Shown piece by piece: positions 48,343 to 60,421 of a DNA stretch of 64,000 nt. The notes under the pieces are model-generated. The model ran no database searches and was not told the origin of the DNA. It saw only the letters and a program-made list of their open reading frames with translations. Both the position numbers and the translations under genes were made by a program. Source of the DNA: Prasinococcaceae sp. CCMP 1430 (taxonomy: Eukaryota > Plantae > Prasinodermophyta); the NCBI GenBank assembly GCA_013416795.1, contig RQSC01000010.1, positions 235,437-299,436 of the forward strand, read 5' to 3'. Within the stretch, counting starts at the first letter, position 1, and each line of letters begins with the position of its first letter.

Positions 48343-49281
48343 ATGATCAATTACCCTTTTACTATTCGAAACTTAAAAATTTTGCAAGCTGTTGCTGAAT
48401 ATGGAAATTTTACAGAAGCGGCCCAAAATCTCTATGTTTCGCAACCAGCAATTAGTTCACAAATTCGTGAGTTAGAACGTTTGTTGCAAATGAAATTAAT
48501 TGAAAGAAACAAAACAGGCTCACGATTCACCGAAGCCGGATATATTCTTTTATATTATGCAAATCAAATTTTAGCTTTATGTGAAGAAGCATGTCGTGCT
48601 ATTGATGACTTACAAACCTACCCTCATGGTTCCTTCACCATTGGTGGAAGTCAAACAATTGGTATTAACATATTACCAACTTTACTAACATCATTTCAGT
48701 CTTATTATCCCGAAACGCACATCAATGTTCATATTGATGCGACTTGGCATATTTGTTGGAATTTAACTGGAGGAGACCTTGATATTGCAATTGTTGGTGG
48801 TGTTATTCCAAAAAAATTGGAAAATAAAGTACAAACGATTCCATTTGGATTAGAAGAGATTGTATTAATTACTTCAAAAAAAAACAAATATGCATATTCA
48901 CCTATTGTTGAAAAACAAATGTTATATGATGTTCGATTTATTTGTTTAGAAAAACAATCTTCTATTCAAAGGCATGTAGTCCAAAAATTAGAAATGGCCG
49001 GTATTTTCTTTTCTGATTTAATTATTGATTTAGAAGTCAATTCTGTTGAATCTTTAAAAAATTTCTTATTAAAAAGTGATAAAGTTGCTTTTTTATCAAT
49101 TTCATCCGTTCTAACTGAATTACGTTCAGGCGAATTATATTGGATTCCAATTAAATCTTTACGTATTCAACGTCCAATTTGGATTGTTACAAATCCATAT
49201 CGATATCGATTACGTATTATTGAATTATTCTTACGTATGTGTCTAGCACATTTTTCTAGTCCAACAATTCAAATTTTTTAG
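48343..49281 (+). CDS. rbcR: LysR-type transcriptional regulator RbcR/Ycf30
   Basis: MINYPFTIRNL, HTH FTEAAQNLYVSQPAISSQIRELE, IGGSQTIG, substrate-binding domain. Confidence 0.9.
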   Translation: MINYPFTIRNLKILQAVAEYGNFTEAAQNLYVSQPAISSQIRELERLLQMKLIERNKTGSRFTEAGYILLYYANQILALCEEACRAIDDLQTYPHGSFTIGGSQTIGINILPTLLTSFQSYYPETHINVHIDATWHICWNLTGGDLDIAIVGGVIPKKLENKVQTIPFGLEEIVLITSKKNKYAYSPIVEKQMLYDVRFICLEKQSSIQRHVVQKLEMAGIFFSDLIIDLEVNSVESLKNFLLKSDKVAFLSISSVLTELRSGELYWIPIKSLRIQRPIWIVTNPYRYRLRIIELFLRMCLAHFSSPTIQIF

Positions 49282-49353
49282 TATTTCTAACAAACAAGTT
49301 TCTAACATTCTTAAATTAGATGAGAATGTTTTTGTTAGTAAAATATTCTTACT

Positions 49354-50628
49354 GTGGTTGTTTTTATGATTTTTTCTTATAAAACTTTACAAATACTTTC
49401 CAAACTTTCTTCTTTAGATTTAACTTATGAAACATCTTTAACATATTTAAATCGACAAGATTATTTACAAGAACATGAATTTTCGACACGACATTTTAAA
49501 TATGTATTGAAACGCAAACTTTATTTAAAAAATTTAAATAAGGCTTTATATTCGATATGGTATGGTCTTCTACTCTTAAAAAGTTCTACCCTACCTCTAA
49601 AAAAACTAGATAAAAAAACACAATTAAATTCTAGCTATACTCACGATGAAGAATTAAAAAATTTATTAATTAATTTACATATTGAAGCCTGTTTAGTAGA
49701 AACTTTAAGAAATGGGGGAACAATAGAATTAATTTATGGAATTGAACGTGAATTAAGATTTTTAGGTATTGAATTTAATGAATTTTTTAATGCTATTCAG
49801 TTAAAAAAATGGGTTGTAAAACCAATCGTTAGTTCATTCTCTAATCCTATTGTTTCGTCATTATCGAATAATTCAAAAAGACAAACCTTAATTAAGAATT
49901 TTTTATCGACAGGTTATTTTATTAAACGGGACACATTACAAGTAATTCAAAAATTAGAAAGTGAATTAAGAGATGAACACCTAAATATCAGTGTAAATAT
50001 TCCTGAAAATTTAGCAACAAATTTAATTGTTTCATTCCCTTTTTACGCTAATATTAGTTATTTAAAAGAAAATCCTTTTTTTATAATAAAGGATAAACTT
50101 AATTTTGAAGAAATATTTTCAATTTTATTGTTAACTCAAGAAAATTTTTCTAAATCAGATGCCGACTATTGTCTTCAAGAATTAAAACAAAAAAATTGGG
50201 GAGATTTTTTGATTATCACTATTGACTATATTAAACTTCGTTATCCAGCTCTTTTAGTTGAATTTTTATACCGTCTAACACGTAAGCCAACAGTTTTTCC
50301 AATAATTCCCCAGACTAATAAAAAAGTAAATTGTCCACTTGGGGTATGGAGTTCCATTACTAGTTATCAAAAACTACGTAAAGATTATGTCAGTGCATAT
50401 CAATCATTAACAACTATTGAAGAAAAAATTGAACTTGAAAAAGCTTTTGAGACAATTGCAAATCATTTACAATATAATATTCGTCAAAGTATGTTGTCAT
50501 TTTTTGATCAAAAATATAATAGTTCACTAATGCAAAGGTCTGATAAATGTGTTATTGTGGATACTGAATTAGAAAGCTTCTTTTTACGAAAAACATTAAA
50601 AAATTATCTTTTAAATATGGTATACTAG
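49354..50628 (+). CDS. Unassigned 424-aa ORF (first ATG 49366); weak RNase E/G-like motifs
   Basis: Long uninterrupted frame in an AT-rich genome, co-oriented between rbcR and rps14; homology call is by eye only. Confidence 0.7.
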   Translation: MVVFMIFSYKTLQILSKLSSLDLTYETSLTYLNRQDYLQEHEFSTRHFKYVLKRKLYLKNLNKALYSIWYGLLLLKSSTLPLKKLDKKTQLNSSYTHDEELKNLLINLHIEACLVETLRNGGTIELIYGIERELRFLGIEFNEFFNAIQLKKWVVKPIVSSFSNPIVSSLSNNSKRQTLIKNFLSTGYFIKRDTLQVIQKLESELRDEHLNISVNIPENLATNLIVSFPFYANISYLKENPFFIIKDKLNFEEIFSILLLTQENFSKSDADYCLQELKQKNWGDFLIITIDYIKLRYPALLVEFLYRLTRKPTVFPIIPQTNKKVNCPLGVWSSITSYQKLRKDYVSAYQSLTTIEEKIELEKAFETIANHLQYNIRQSMLSFFDQKYNSSLMQRSDKCVIVDTELESFFLRKTLKNYLLNMVY

Positions 50629-50673
50629 TAAAAATTCTAAATTTAAAAACCTTTAAAGTAGGAGAAATATTTT

Positions 50674-50976
50674 ATGGCACGTAAAGGTACAGTTTATCGT
50701 GATAAGAAACGACGAGTATTAGTTCAAAAATATGCAACAAAACGAGCAAAACTTTTAAATGAATTTAAAAGTGCCTCTACAATTGGTGAAAAATTAAAAA
50801 TTCACGCAAAGATTCAAAAACTGCCGCGAAACTCAAGTCGCACACGTTTACATAATCGTTGTTTTATTACAGGACGACCAAAAGGATATTTCCGTTTCTT
50901 TGGTTTATCAAGACATCAAATTCGTGAATTGGGTTATGTAGGAGTATTACCGGGCGTAACTACTGCAAGTTGGTAA
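50674..50976 (+). CDS. rps14: Ribosomal protein S14
   Basis: [22 protein letters not shown]. Confidence 0.97.
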   Translation: MARKGTVYRDKKRRVLVQKYATKRAKLLNEFKSASTIGEKLKIHAKIQKLPRNSSRTRLHNRCFITGRPKGYFRFFGLSRHQIRELGYVGVLPGVTTASW

Positions 50977-51006
50977 ATTATTATTTAATCAAGAATCTTT
51001 TTATTT

Positions 51007-51017
51007 TATGGTATACT
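51007..51017 (+). promoter_or_regulatory. Representative extended -10 promoter element TATGGTATACT (upstream of trnfM)
   Basis: TG-n-TATACT 11 nt before the tRNA; the same motif recurs upstream of many units (see findings). Confidence 0.7.
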
Positions 51018-51028
51018 TTATATATGGT

Positions 51029-51102
51029 CGCGGGGTAGAGCAGTCTGGTAGCTCATCGGGCTCATAACCCGAGGGTCAGTGGTTCAAATCCGCTCCCCGC
51101 TA
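51029..51102 (+). tRNA. trnfM: Initiator tRNA-fMet(CAU)
   Basis: C1 mismatch, three G-C pairs in the anticodon stem, loop CTCATAA. Confidence 0.93.
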
Positions 51103-51132
51103 TCTATATATAAATAACTTTTAATTAAAAAT

Positions 51133-51366
51133 ATGGTTAAAATTAGACTTAAAAAATTAGGACGTAAAAAAGCACCATTTTACAGAATTATTGTAATTGA
51201 CAGTCGTAAACGACGTAGTGGTCATGGTTTAGTTGAACTTGGATGGTATGATCCAATTAAAAAACAATCACAAATTGATCGTCAAAAGACTTTATTTTAC
51301 ATTAAAAATGGGGCTCAACCGACAGCCACTGTTTCTGCTTTATTACAAAAAGCAGCATTATTGTAG
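51133..51366 (+). CDS. rps16: Ribosomal protein S16, intronless
   Basis: MVKIRLKKLGRKKAPFYRIIVIDSR, GAQPTATV. Confidence 0.96.
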   Translation: MVKIRLKKLGRKKAPFYRIIVIDSRKRRSGHGLVELGWYDPIKKQSQIDRQKTLFYIKNGAQPTATVSALLQKAALL

Positions 51367-51415
51367 ATTTAAAAATATTAATATTTAAAAAGAGCATAAT
51401 AGTTCTTTTTAAATC

Positions 51416-51487
51416 GGGTTGGTAGCTCAGGGGTAGAGCACTCGGCTTTTAACCGACTGGTCGTGGGTTCAAATCCCACCCAACCCA
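51416..51487 (+). tRNA. trnK: tRNA-Lys(UUU), intronless
   Basis: Anticodon loop CTTTTAA. Confidence 0.93.
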
Positions 51488-51512
51488 AAATTTAAATGCT
51501 TTTTCGTACTTT

Positions 51513-51597
51513 GCATGCATGGCCGAGTGGTCGAAGGCAGGGGCCTCATAAGCCTCCTCCCGAAAGGGCACCGCGGGTTCAAATCCTGCTGTATGCA
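51513..51597 (+). tRNA. trnI: tRNA-Ile(CAU), lysidine type, long variable arm
   Basis: GCATGCA acceptor, CAU anticodon, CCCGAAAGGG variable arm; fMet and elongator Met tRNAs are present separately. Confidence 0.8.
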
Positions 51598-51664
51598 AAC
51601 CTTTCAAGACTCTAAATTAATAATATTGCATTTATAACTATTATTAGGTTATAATATAATTAAA

Positions 51665-51736
51665 TGGGGTATCGCCAAGTGGTAAGGCAACTGGTTTTGG
51701 TCCTGTCATTCGGAGGTTCGAATCCTTCTACCCCAG
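51665..51736 (+). tRNA. trnQ: tRNA-Gln(UUG)
   Basis: TGGGGTA acceptor, loop TTTTGGT. Confidence 0.93.
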
Positions 51737-51822
51737 TTATTAAATAAAATTATTTTTATAAAAATCGCTTTTATTTTTAATTGTTTAATAATTTATTAAA
51801 CAATTAAAAATAAAAATACTTC

Positions 51823-52305
51823 TTAGAATAAACCAAGTGTAATAGCTTTATCAATTGGCATTGCTGCTCCTACACCCATCCATAATGCAAAGATTGTTCC
51901 AAATAGGAAAACAACCATAGCAATCGGACGACGGAATGGGTTTTGGAATTTGTTTACGTTCTCAATAAACGGAACAGTAATTAATCCAGCTGGAACTGCA
52001 GCCATAGAAAGTACTCCAAGTAATTTATTAGGAATAGTTCGAAGTAAGTTAAATGTTGGGAAGAAATACCATTCTGGTAAAATCTCTAGTGGTGTTGCAA
52101 ATGGATTTGCAGGCTCACCTACTACAACTGGATCTAAAGTTGCTAGTCCAATAAGACAAGCAAATGTTCCAAAAATAACTACTGGGAAAATATATAATAA
52201 ATCATTTGGCCATGCAGGCTCACCATAATAGTTATGCCCCATACCTTTAGCTAATTTAGCTCGTAAAATTGGATCTGTTAAGTCTGGTTTTTTTGTTACG
52301 CTCAT
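51823..52305 (-). CDS. petD: Cytochrome b6f subunit IV
   Basis: [18 protein letters not shown]. Confidence 0.99.
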   Translation of the reverse strand: MSVTKKPDLTDPILRAKLAKGMGHNYYGEPAWPNDLLYIFPVVIFGTFACLIGLATLDPVVVGEPANPFATPLEILPEWYFFPTFNLLRTIPNKLLGVLSMAAVPAGLITVPFIENVNKFQNPFRRPIAMVVFLFGTIFALWMGVGAAMPIDKAITLGLF

Positions 52306-52364
52306 AGTAAATTTATAATATTAAAAAATATTTATATTTGTATATCTGACAATTAAATTAAAAA

Positions 52365-53012
52365 TTATAGTGGACCAGAAATACCTTGCTTACGAATCAT
52401 TAAGAAGTGTGCTAGCATGAATACCGCTGTTAGCAGTGGTAAAACAAACGTGTGTGCACTATAGAAACGCGTTAATGTTGCTTGACCAACACCAACACCT
52501 CCACGAAGTACTTCAACTAGTAACGGACCTACAACAGGAATAGCTTCAGGTACACCTGTTACAATCTTACAAGCCCAGTAGCCAACCTGATCCCATGGTA
52601 ATGAGTATCCAGTTACACCAAATGATACTGTACAAACAGCCATAATAACACCAGTTACCCAAGTTAACTCACGTGGCTTCTTAAATCCACCTGTAAGGTA
52701 AACACGTGTCACATGTAGAATCATTGATAAAACCATCATACTTGCAGACCAACGGTGGATTGAACGAATTAACCAACCAAAGTTTACATCACTCATTAGG
52801 TAACTTACAGAATCAAATGCTTCTGTTACTGTTGGACGGTAATAAAATGTCATTGCAAATCCTGTTGCAACTTGTACTAGGAAACATGTAAATGTAATAC
52901 CACCTAAGCAGTAAAAAATATTTACATGTGGAGGAACATATTTACTTGAAACGTCATCAGCAATTGCTTGGATTTCTAGACGTTCTTCAAACCAATCATA
53001 AACTTTACTCAT
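52365..53012 (-). CDS. petB: Cytochrome b6
   Basis: [26 protein letters not shown]. Confidence 0.99.
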   Translation of the reverse strand: MSKVYDWFEERLEIQAIADDVSSKYVPPHVNIFYCLGGITFTCFLVQVATGFAMTFYYRPTVTEAFDSVSYLMSDVNFGWLIRSIHRWSASMMVLSMILHVTRVYLTGGFKKPRELTWVTGVIMAVCTVSFGVTGYSLPWDQVGYWACKIVTGVPEAIPVVGPLLVEVLRGGVGVGQATLTRFYSAHTFVLPLLTAVFMLAHFLMIRKQGISGPL

Positions 53013-53114
53013 AAAATACTAAAAGTTTTTACAGTTTATCGCCAGTTAACATAATATAAAAATTTATATTGTAAGCTCAATAATATTTTATTGAGGGAAG
53101 TTAAAAAATTTCTA

Positions 53115-53176
53115 TTTTAATTTTGGTATGTTTTTAATGAAAAAGATTTTTCATTAAAAACATACCAAAATTAAAA
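53115..53176. terminator. 30-bp inverted repeat between psbH and petB
   Basis: ttttaattttggtatgtttttaatgaaaaa-ga-tttttcattaaaaacataccaaaattaaaa. Confidence 0.8.
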
Positions 53177-53179
53177 TTC

Positions 53180-53383
53180 TTATTGCCAGTTTACGGCTAA
53201 TCCATCAAGTAACACTGATGAATTAAAGATTTCTAATAAAATTACATTAAAAACTAAAAAAAGACCACCAGCTACAGCCATTGGAATAGTTGTTCCCCAT
53301 CCAGGGGCAACTTTACCATACTCTGAGTTTAGTGGCTTTAAAAGGTTTCCTAAAACTGTTTGCTTTCCTTTTGTTGCTGCCAT
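53180..53383 (-). CDS. psbH: Photosystem II PsbH
   Basis: [19 protein letters not shown]. Confidence 0.97.
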   Translation of the reverse strand: MAATKGKQTVLGNLLKPLNSEYGKVAPGWGTTIPMAVAGGLFLVFNVILLEIFNSSVLLDGLAVNWQ

Positions 53384-53520
53384 AGGTATGTATATATGTA
53401 TTTATTCGTATGATTTAATGCTAAAAAAATATGTGCTATAATTCTCTTTAAATAGATATGTTCTTTACATAAATAGAACAATAACTTTTCAAGTAAATCC
53501 CAATAAATTAGGAGTGAATT

Positions 53521-53652
53521 ATGGAAACAGCTATGCTATTTGGTATTTTTTTCGGTACATTACTTGTTGGCATGACAGGGTATTCATTATACACTGCTTT
53601 TGGCCAACCATCAAAAACACTTCGTGATCCATTTGAAGACCATGAAGATTAA
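53521..53652 (+). CDS. psbN: PsbN (Pbf1)
   Basis: METAML...[24 protein letters not shown]; antisense within the psbB cluster. Confidence 0.97.
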   Translation: METAMLFGIFFGTLLVGMTGYSLYTAFGQPSKTLRDPFEDHED

Positions 53653-53692
53653 AAAGTATAACAGCAGACTTAATATCTGCTGTTATAAAAAA

Positions 53693-53788
53693 CTATTTTA
53701 CAATACGTGGAGGCTCACGGAAAAAGATTGCAAAGAAAATAATTCCTAAAGTTCCAACTAATAAAAAAGTATAAACAAGTGCTTCCAT
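53693..53788 (-). CDS. psbT: Photosystem II PsbT
   Basis: [31 protein letters not shown]. Confidence 0.97.
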
Positions 53789-53894
53789 TTATATATCCTC
53801 GTAAATTAATAATGTTTACAAAATCTTTTTATTTAATATTTTACAAAATGCAAAATTCTTTAATAAAATTCTTTAGTAAATAAACATAATGTTT

Positions 53895-55421
53895 TTAAAC
53901 AGTCTGCTTCTTAGTTGATACATCACCAAGTTTTTGGAATGCACCAAATTCAACTTGAGCATCAAGATCTGGGTCAATACCAGCAAATACGTCACGGAAA
54001 ATTGTACGTGCACCATGCCAAATATGACCAAAGAAGAATAATAATGCAAAGTTTAAATGACCAAATGCAAACCATCCACGCGGACTACTACGGAATACAC
54101 CATCTGATTGTAATGTTACACGATCAAATTCGAAAATTTCACCTAACTGTGCACGACGTGCATATTTTTTAACAGTTGCTGGATCAGTAAATGATACACC
54201 ATCTAATTCACCACCATAGAATGTTACTGTTACACCTACCTGTTCGATTGCATACTTTGATTCTGCACGACGGAATGGAATATCTGCACGTACAATACCA
54301 TCTTTATCTGTTAATAAAACAGGGAAAGTTTCAAAGAATGTTGGCATACGACGAACAAATAGTTCATTTCCATTTTTGTCTGTGAAGACTGCATGACCAA
54401 GCCATCCAGCTGCAATACCATCACCGTTTACCATTGGTCCTGCACGGAATAAACCACCCTTAGCTGGGTTGTTTCCAATGTAGTCATAAAAAGCTAACTT
54501 TTCTGGAATTTTTGCCCAAGCTTCTGATAAAGATAATCCATTTGCGATATCTGACTGAACACGCTTTTGAATTTCTTGCTCAAAGAAACCTTGATCCCAC
54601 TGGTAACGAGTTGGACCATATAATTCAATTGGAGTTGCAGCACATCCGTACCACATTGTTCCAGCTACTACGAAGGCTGCCCAGAATACAGCAGCAATAC
54701 TACTTGATAGTACAGTTTCTACGTTACCCATACGTAATACTTTGTATAAACGTTGTGGTGGACGAACTGTTAGGTGGAATAAACCAGCAATAATACCAAC
54801 GATACCTGCAGCGATATGGTGTGCAGGAATACCACGTGGGTTAAATGGATCAAAACCTTCAGCACCCCATGTAGGTGCTACTGGCTGAACACTACCTGTA
54901 ATTCCATATGGATCAGAAACCCAAATTCCAGGTCCATAAAGTCCTGTTACGTGAAAAGCTCCAAATCCGAAACAAAGTAAACCTGATAAGAATAAGTGGA
55001 TACCAAAAATCTTTGGTAAGTCCAGAGCTGGATCACCTGTTCGTGGATCACGGAAAAGTTCTAGATCCCAGTAAACCCAATGCCATAACGCAGCTAGGAA
55101 TAAAAGACCTGATAAAACGATGTGAGCTGCTGCTACACCTTCATAACTCCAAAATCCTGGATTAGTAATACTTTCACCACTAATTGACCATCCACCCCAT
55201 GAATTTTCAATTCCTAAACGTGTCATGAATGGTAAAACAAACATTCCTTGACGCCACATTGGGTTTAGTACTGGATCTGACGGATCAAAAACAGATAATT
55301 CATAAAGAGCCATTGACCCTGCCCAACCAGCAACTAATGCAGTATGCATTAAGTGAACAGCAATTAAGCGGCCCGGGTCATTTAAAACAACAGTGTGTAC
55401 TCGAAACCATGGAAGTCCCAT
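53895..55421 (-). CDS. psbB: Photosystem II CP47
   Basis: [19 protein letters not shown]. Confidence 0.99.
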   Translation of the reverse strand: MGLPWFRVHTVVLNDPGRLIAVHLMHTALVAGWAGSMALYELSVFDPSDPVLNPMWRQGMFVLPFMTRLGIENSWGGWSISGESITNPGFWSYEGVAAAHIVLSGLLFLAALWHWVYWDLELFRDPRTGDPALDLPKIFGIHLFLSGLLCFGFGAFHVTGLYGPGIWVSDPYGITGSVQPVAPTWGAEGFDPFNPRGIPAHHIAAGIVGIIAGLFHLTVRPPQRLYKVLRMGNVETVLSSSIAAVFWAAFVVAGTMWYGCAATPIELYGPTRYQWDQGFFEQEIQKRVQSDIANGLSLSEAWAKIPEKLAFYDYIGNNPAKGGLFRAGPMVNGDGIAAGWLGHAVFTDKNGNELFVRRMPTFFETFPVLLTDKDGIVRADIPFRRAESKYAIEQVGVTVTFYGGELDGVSFTDPATVKKYARRAQLGEIFEFDRVTLQSDGVFRSSPRGWFAFGHLNFALLFFFGHIWHGARTIFRDVFAGIDPDLDAQVEFGAFQKLGDVSTKKQTV

Positions 55422-55598
55422 AATTAATTTTTATTTTTAAATATCGATTTTTGCTTTCTTCCTTATTAATAAACTAAAATTCTTATTTATTAAATTTAAC
55501 TTTAAGAATTATATATCTAAACATATTATACCTTATAATTTTTTTCTTATTAAATAGAATTAACAAGGTGCGATATGGTATACTAGAGAATAATAATA

Positions 55599-55670
55599 GG
55601 CTCAATAGCTCAGTGGTAGAGCAGGAGACTCATAAGCTCTTGGTCGCAGGTTCAAATCCCGCTTGAGCCA
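55599..55670 (+). tRNA. trnM: Elongator tRNA-Met(CAU)
   Basis: GGCTCAA/TTGAGCC acceptor, loop CTCATAA. Confidence 0.88.
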
Positions 55671-55733
55671 AATTAACATATTTGGTAATGAAAATATATA
55701 GGTTTATAAAATAATTTAATTAGTATTACTTTT

Positions 55734-55806
55734 TACCCCCAACGAGATTCGAACTCGTGTCGCCTCCGTGAAAGGGAGGTGTCCTAGGCCTCTAGACGAT
55801 GGGGGC
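55734..55806 (-). tRNA. trnE: tRNA-Glu(UUC), copy 2
   Basis: Exact reverse complement of 2952-3024. Confidence 0.96.
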
Positions 55807-55998
55807 TTATTGGTAGTTCTATTCAAATTATACCATAGGTTTTAATTTTGTCAAGTATCTCATAGCGTGCAAATTATAAATTTTAGCCAAGAATCATAGA
55901 AAAAAAGAATTTATATGGTATACTATTTTTTAATATTTGATCCGAATTATTAATATATCACTTATTTATAAATCTTTTTGATTTAGAGGAGAATTGTT

Positions 55999-56133
55999 AT
56001 GCTAGCTTTAACTCTTGCAAAATTACCTGAAGCGTACGCGATTTTTGATCCATTAGTAGACGTACTGCCAGTTATTCCAGTTTTATTTTTAGCTTTAGCT
56101 TTTGTTTGGCAAGCTGCGGTAAGTTTCCGTTAA
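55999..56133 (+). CDS. psbK: Photosystem II PsbK
   Basis: [22 protein letters not shown]...WQAAVSFR. Confidence 0.97.
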   Translation: MLALTLAKLPEAYAIFDPLVDVLPVIPVLFLALAFVWQAAVSFR

Positions 56134-56253
56134 TTTTTAAACTAGTGCTAAATATTTTTAGCACTAGTTCATAGACAGATTGAATCATACATTTGCAATA
56201 AAATATTTTTTTTTGATATAATAACAGTACTTAAGTAATTTTATTATCTTAAA

Positions 56254-56335
56254 GCGGACGTGGCGGAATTGGTAGACGCGCCAGATTTAGGTTCTGGTAG
56301 GATTTCCTGTGAGAGTTCGAGTCTCTCCGTCCGCA
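56254..56335 (+). tRNA. trnL: tRNA-Leu(UAG)
   Basis: Anticodon loop TTTAGGT, long variable arm. Confidence 0.94.
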
Positions 56336-56440
56336 AATAATTATTTTCAATTGACTAGAAACCCAACTTTAAAAAAAATGCGGTATACTAATAATTAGAG
56401 ATTTTTTCTAAATTATCCTTTTATTTATATCTATATATTT

Positions 56441-56956
56441 ATGCCACGTTCACAACGAAACGACAATTTTATTGATAAGACCTTTACGATTATTGCAGAT
56501 TTATTATTAACAATTTCTCCAATTGCTACTCGTTCAAAAAAAGCTTTTAGTTATTATCGTAATGGAATGTCTGCCCAAGCTGAAGGGGAATATGCTGAAG
56601 CTTTACAAAATTATTATGAAGCAATGCGTTTAGAATTAGACCCATATGACCGTAGTTATATTTTATATAATATTGGTTTAATTCATGCGGCTAATGGAAA
56701 ACATGCCCGTGCGTTAGAATATTATTATCAAGCCTTAGAACGAAACCCACTAATGCCACAAGCATTGAATAATATTGCGGTTATTTATCATTATCAAGGG
56801 GAACAAGCTTTAGAACAAGGAGATACGCAATTATCAAAAAATTTTTTCTCAAAAGCACGAGAATATTGGAAACAAGCAATTCGTTTATCCCCATTAAGTT
56901 ATAATGAAGCTTATAATTGGGTATCATTAACTGAAAATGAAAATATGCTTGATTAA
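56441..56956 (+). CDS. ycf3: PSI assembly TPR protein Ycf3, resident intronless copy
   Basis: [31 protein letters not shown]. Confidence 0.98.
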   Translation: MPRSQRNDNFIDKTFTIIADLLLTISPIATRSKKAFSYYRNGMSAQAEGEYAEALQNYYEAMRLELDPYDRSYILYNIGLIHAANGKHARALEYYYQALERNPLMPQALNNIAVIYHYQGEQALEQGDTQLSKNFFSKAREYWKQAIRLSPLSYNEAYNWVSLTENENMLD

Positions 56957-57003
56957 TTACTTTAGTATATTTAAGTAAAATTTTACCTAATTACTCTAAA
57001 TCT

Positions 57004-57417
57004 ATGATTAATGTTATCTTATATCCAACAATTTTTATTGGGATTTTTTTGATTGGTTGGGCTATTACTTTATATACTTTACAGTTTGTCCAACCAACTT
57101 TGGCTAAAGAATCTGATATTATTTTATCAACCATTACAAGTCTTTGTGGAGGTATTTTATTTTTTCAAGGATGGCGTTTAGACCCATTATTGTTTACTTG
57201 TTATATTTTATTAGTAGTGACGATTGTCTTACTTTCATTAGAATTATTACAACTTCGAAATACTCAAACATCTTCTCCTCCAAGCTTTTCTGAAGAAGAA
57301 AATAGTTTTCCTAATAGCGATAACACTACACCATCTTCATTAAAAGAAAAAACAAAAAAGTATAGTTCATTTTTAAACCAGAAACTATTAAAACCACGTA
57401 TTAGTGAAACCAATTAA
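57004..57417 (+). CDS. ycf66: Ycf66
   Basis: MINV..., CGGILFFQGWRLDPLL. Confidence 0.88.
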   Translation: MINVILYPTIFIGIFLIGWAITLYTLQFVQPTLAKESDIILSTITSLCGGILFFQGWRLDPLLFTCYILLVVTIVLLSLELLQLRNTQTSSPPSFSEEENSFPNSDNTTPSSLKEKTKKYSSFLNQKLLKPRISETN

Positions 57418-57445
57418 TACGTGGAATTTTCAATTAGAAAACGTT

Positions 57446-57519
57446 TCGGGATACAAGGATTCGAACCTTGGACCTTCGCAACCCAAATGCGACGCGCTAC
57501 CAAACTGCGCTACATCCCG
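57446..57519 (-). tRNA. trnP: tRNA-Pro(UGG)
   Basis: CGGGATG acceptor, loop TTTGGGT. Confidence 0.94.
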
Positions 57520-57643
57520 ACATATTTAAAATAAAGTATACCATACAAAATAATATTTCTTATTAAATGAAAGAGTATTTAACATAATATTCTTATTTAT
57601 TTTATAAAAGTTAAAAATTTTATCAAAACTTCAAACATTAAAC

Positions 57644-57654
57644 TATGGTATAAT
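57644..57654 (+). promoter_or_regulatory. Extended -10 element TATGGTATAAT upstream of atpB
   Basis: TG-n-TATAAT, co-oriented with atpB. Confidence 0.7.
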
Positions 57655-57763
57655 AATTCATATAAAGGTGTATTAAATTTTAATAAATTTTTAATTATTT
57701 AAAAAATTAATCAAAATCACATATTTCGCCTTAGTACCATAATTTATTCCTTATTCATACTAA

Positions 57764-59236
<1,473 letters not shown>

Positions 59237-59292
59237 TTATTCTTCAAGCAAGTAATAAAAATATTACTAGTTTCTTACATCTTTAAATTATT

Positions 59293-59691
59293 ATGACACT
59301 ACAAGTAAAAGTTATTGCTCCCGATAGAGTTGTTTGGGAAACAACAGCAGATGAAATTATTCTGCCAACAAACACAGGACAAATGGGTGTATTAACAGAT
59401 CATACATCATTACTAACAGCCTTAGAAATTGGGGTAATGCAAGTTCGAGTAAATTCACAATGGGTTCCTCTTGTTGTAATGGCTGGATTTGCACTTATCC
59501 AAAATAATATTTTAACCGTTATTATTAACGAAGCCGAAAAAGCTGAAACTATTAACTTAAGCGAAGCGGAAACACAATTAGCGGAAGCAGAAGCAGCTTT
59601 AGCAAAAAGTGAGTCACGCAAAGACCAAGTTGAGAAAACATTTTTAGTTAAACGTGCACGCGCACGTCTAACAGCAGCCCAAAAAGCATAA
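59293..59691 (+). CDS. atpE: ATP synthase CF1 epsilon
   Basis: LPTNTGQMGVLTDH; follows atpB. Confidence 0.96.
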   Translation: MTLQVKVIAPDRVVWETTADEIILPTNTGQMGVLTDHTSLLTALEIGVMQVRVNSQWVPLVVMAGFALIQNNILTVIINEAEKAETINLSEAETQLAEAEAALAKSESRKDQVEKTFLVKRARARLTAAQKA

Positions 59692-59698
59692 AATGTTT

Positions 59699-59746
59699 TT
59701 TTCTTTTAAATAATTTGAGAAATTTCTCAAATTATTTAAAAGAAAA
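59699..59746. terminator. Perfect 48-bp palindrome after atpE
   Basis: ttttcttttaaataatttgagaaa/tttctcaaattatttaaaagaaaa. Confidence 0.8.
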
Positions 59747-59873
59747 GTTTTTAATTATATATGCTAGTCAGATACAAATATATTAGGTATAATATATTTT
59801 TAGTATTTGAAGATATATAAAATATATTCTAGATAGTAACTAAGTATTGTTACTAAATTATGGGGTAAAATCA

Positions 59874-59990
59874 ATGCTTGCATTAAAAATTACAGTATAT
59901 ACTGTTGTTATTTCATTTATTTCACTCTTTATTTTTGGGTTCTTATCTGGTGATCCAGCTCGAAACCCAAACCGAAACGATGTTGGTTAA
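59874..59990 (+). CDS. psbI: Photosystem II PsbI
   Basis: [12 protein letters not shown]...[12 protein letters not shown]. Confidence 0.96.
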   Translation: MLALKITVYTVVISFISLFIFGFLSGDPARNPNRNDVG

Positions 59991-60116
59991 TTAACTTTTC
60001 GTGGGTGTAATATACGTTAAATTTTAGATAACTCAACCATTATTTTTCATTCTTACCTTGTAGCTATATAAAACTTAAAATTTTTAAGGTTTTATGGTAT
60101 ACTACGAAGTGAAAAT

Positions 60117-60203
60117 GGAAAGATGGCTGAGTGGTCGAAAGCGGCGGATTGCTAATCCGTTGTATGTTTTTGCATACCGGGGGTTCGAATCCCCCTCTTT
60201 CCG
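60117..60203 (+). tRNA. trnS: tRNA-Ser(GCU)
   Basis: Anticodon loop TTGCTAA, long variable arm. Confidence 0.94.
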
Positions 60204-60269
60204 TTGTCATTAGCTAATTTTTTTCTTATATTTTTAGAGTTTAATATATTTTTTCGAACAATAAAACTT

Positions 60270-60359
60270 ATGGATTTAATTGGTATTTCATGGGCCTTTC
60301 TTATGGTTATGTTTACATTTTCGCTATCATTAGTAGTATGGGGACGTAGCAGTGCTTGA
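60270..60359 (+). CDS. petN: Cytochrome b6f subunit PetN, last two residues aberrant
   Basis: [29 protein letters not shown]; the usual ending is WGRSGL*. Confidence 0.9.
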   Translation: MDLIGISWAFLMVMFTFSLSLVVWGRSSA

Positions 60360-60421
60360 CTGCCAGTTTAGAAGTACATAAATGGAAACAAAGATAAGGA
60401 TGGATGTACTAAACACTAATT

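Noticed and set aside
51513-51597. CAU tRNA with a long variable arm as a possible novel or recoding tRNA
   Set aside because: It matches the known green-algal trnI(CAU) lysidine type; no evidence for a changed genetic code (TGA is not used in-frame in conserved genes).
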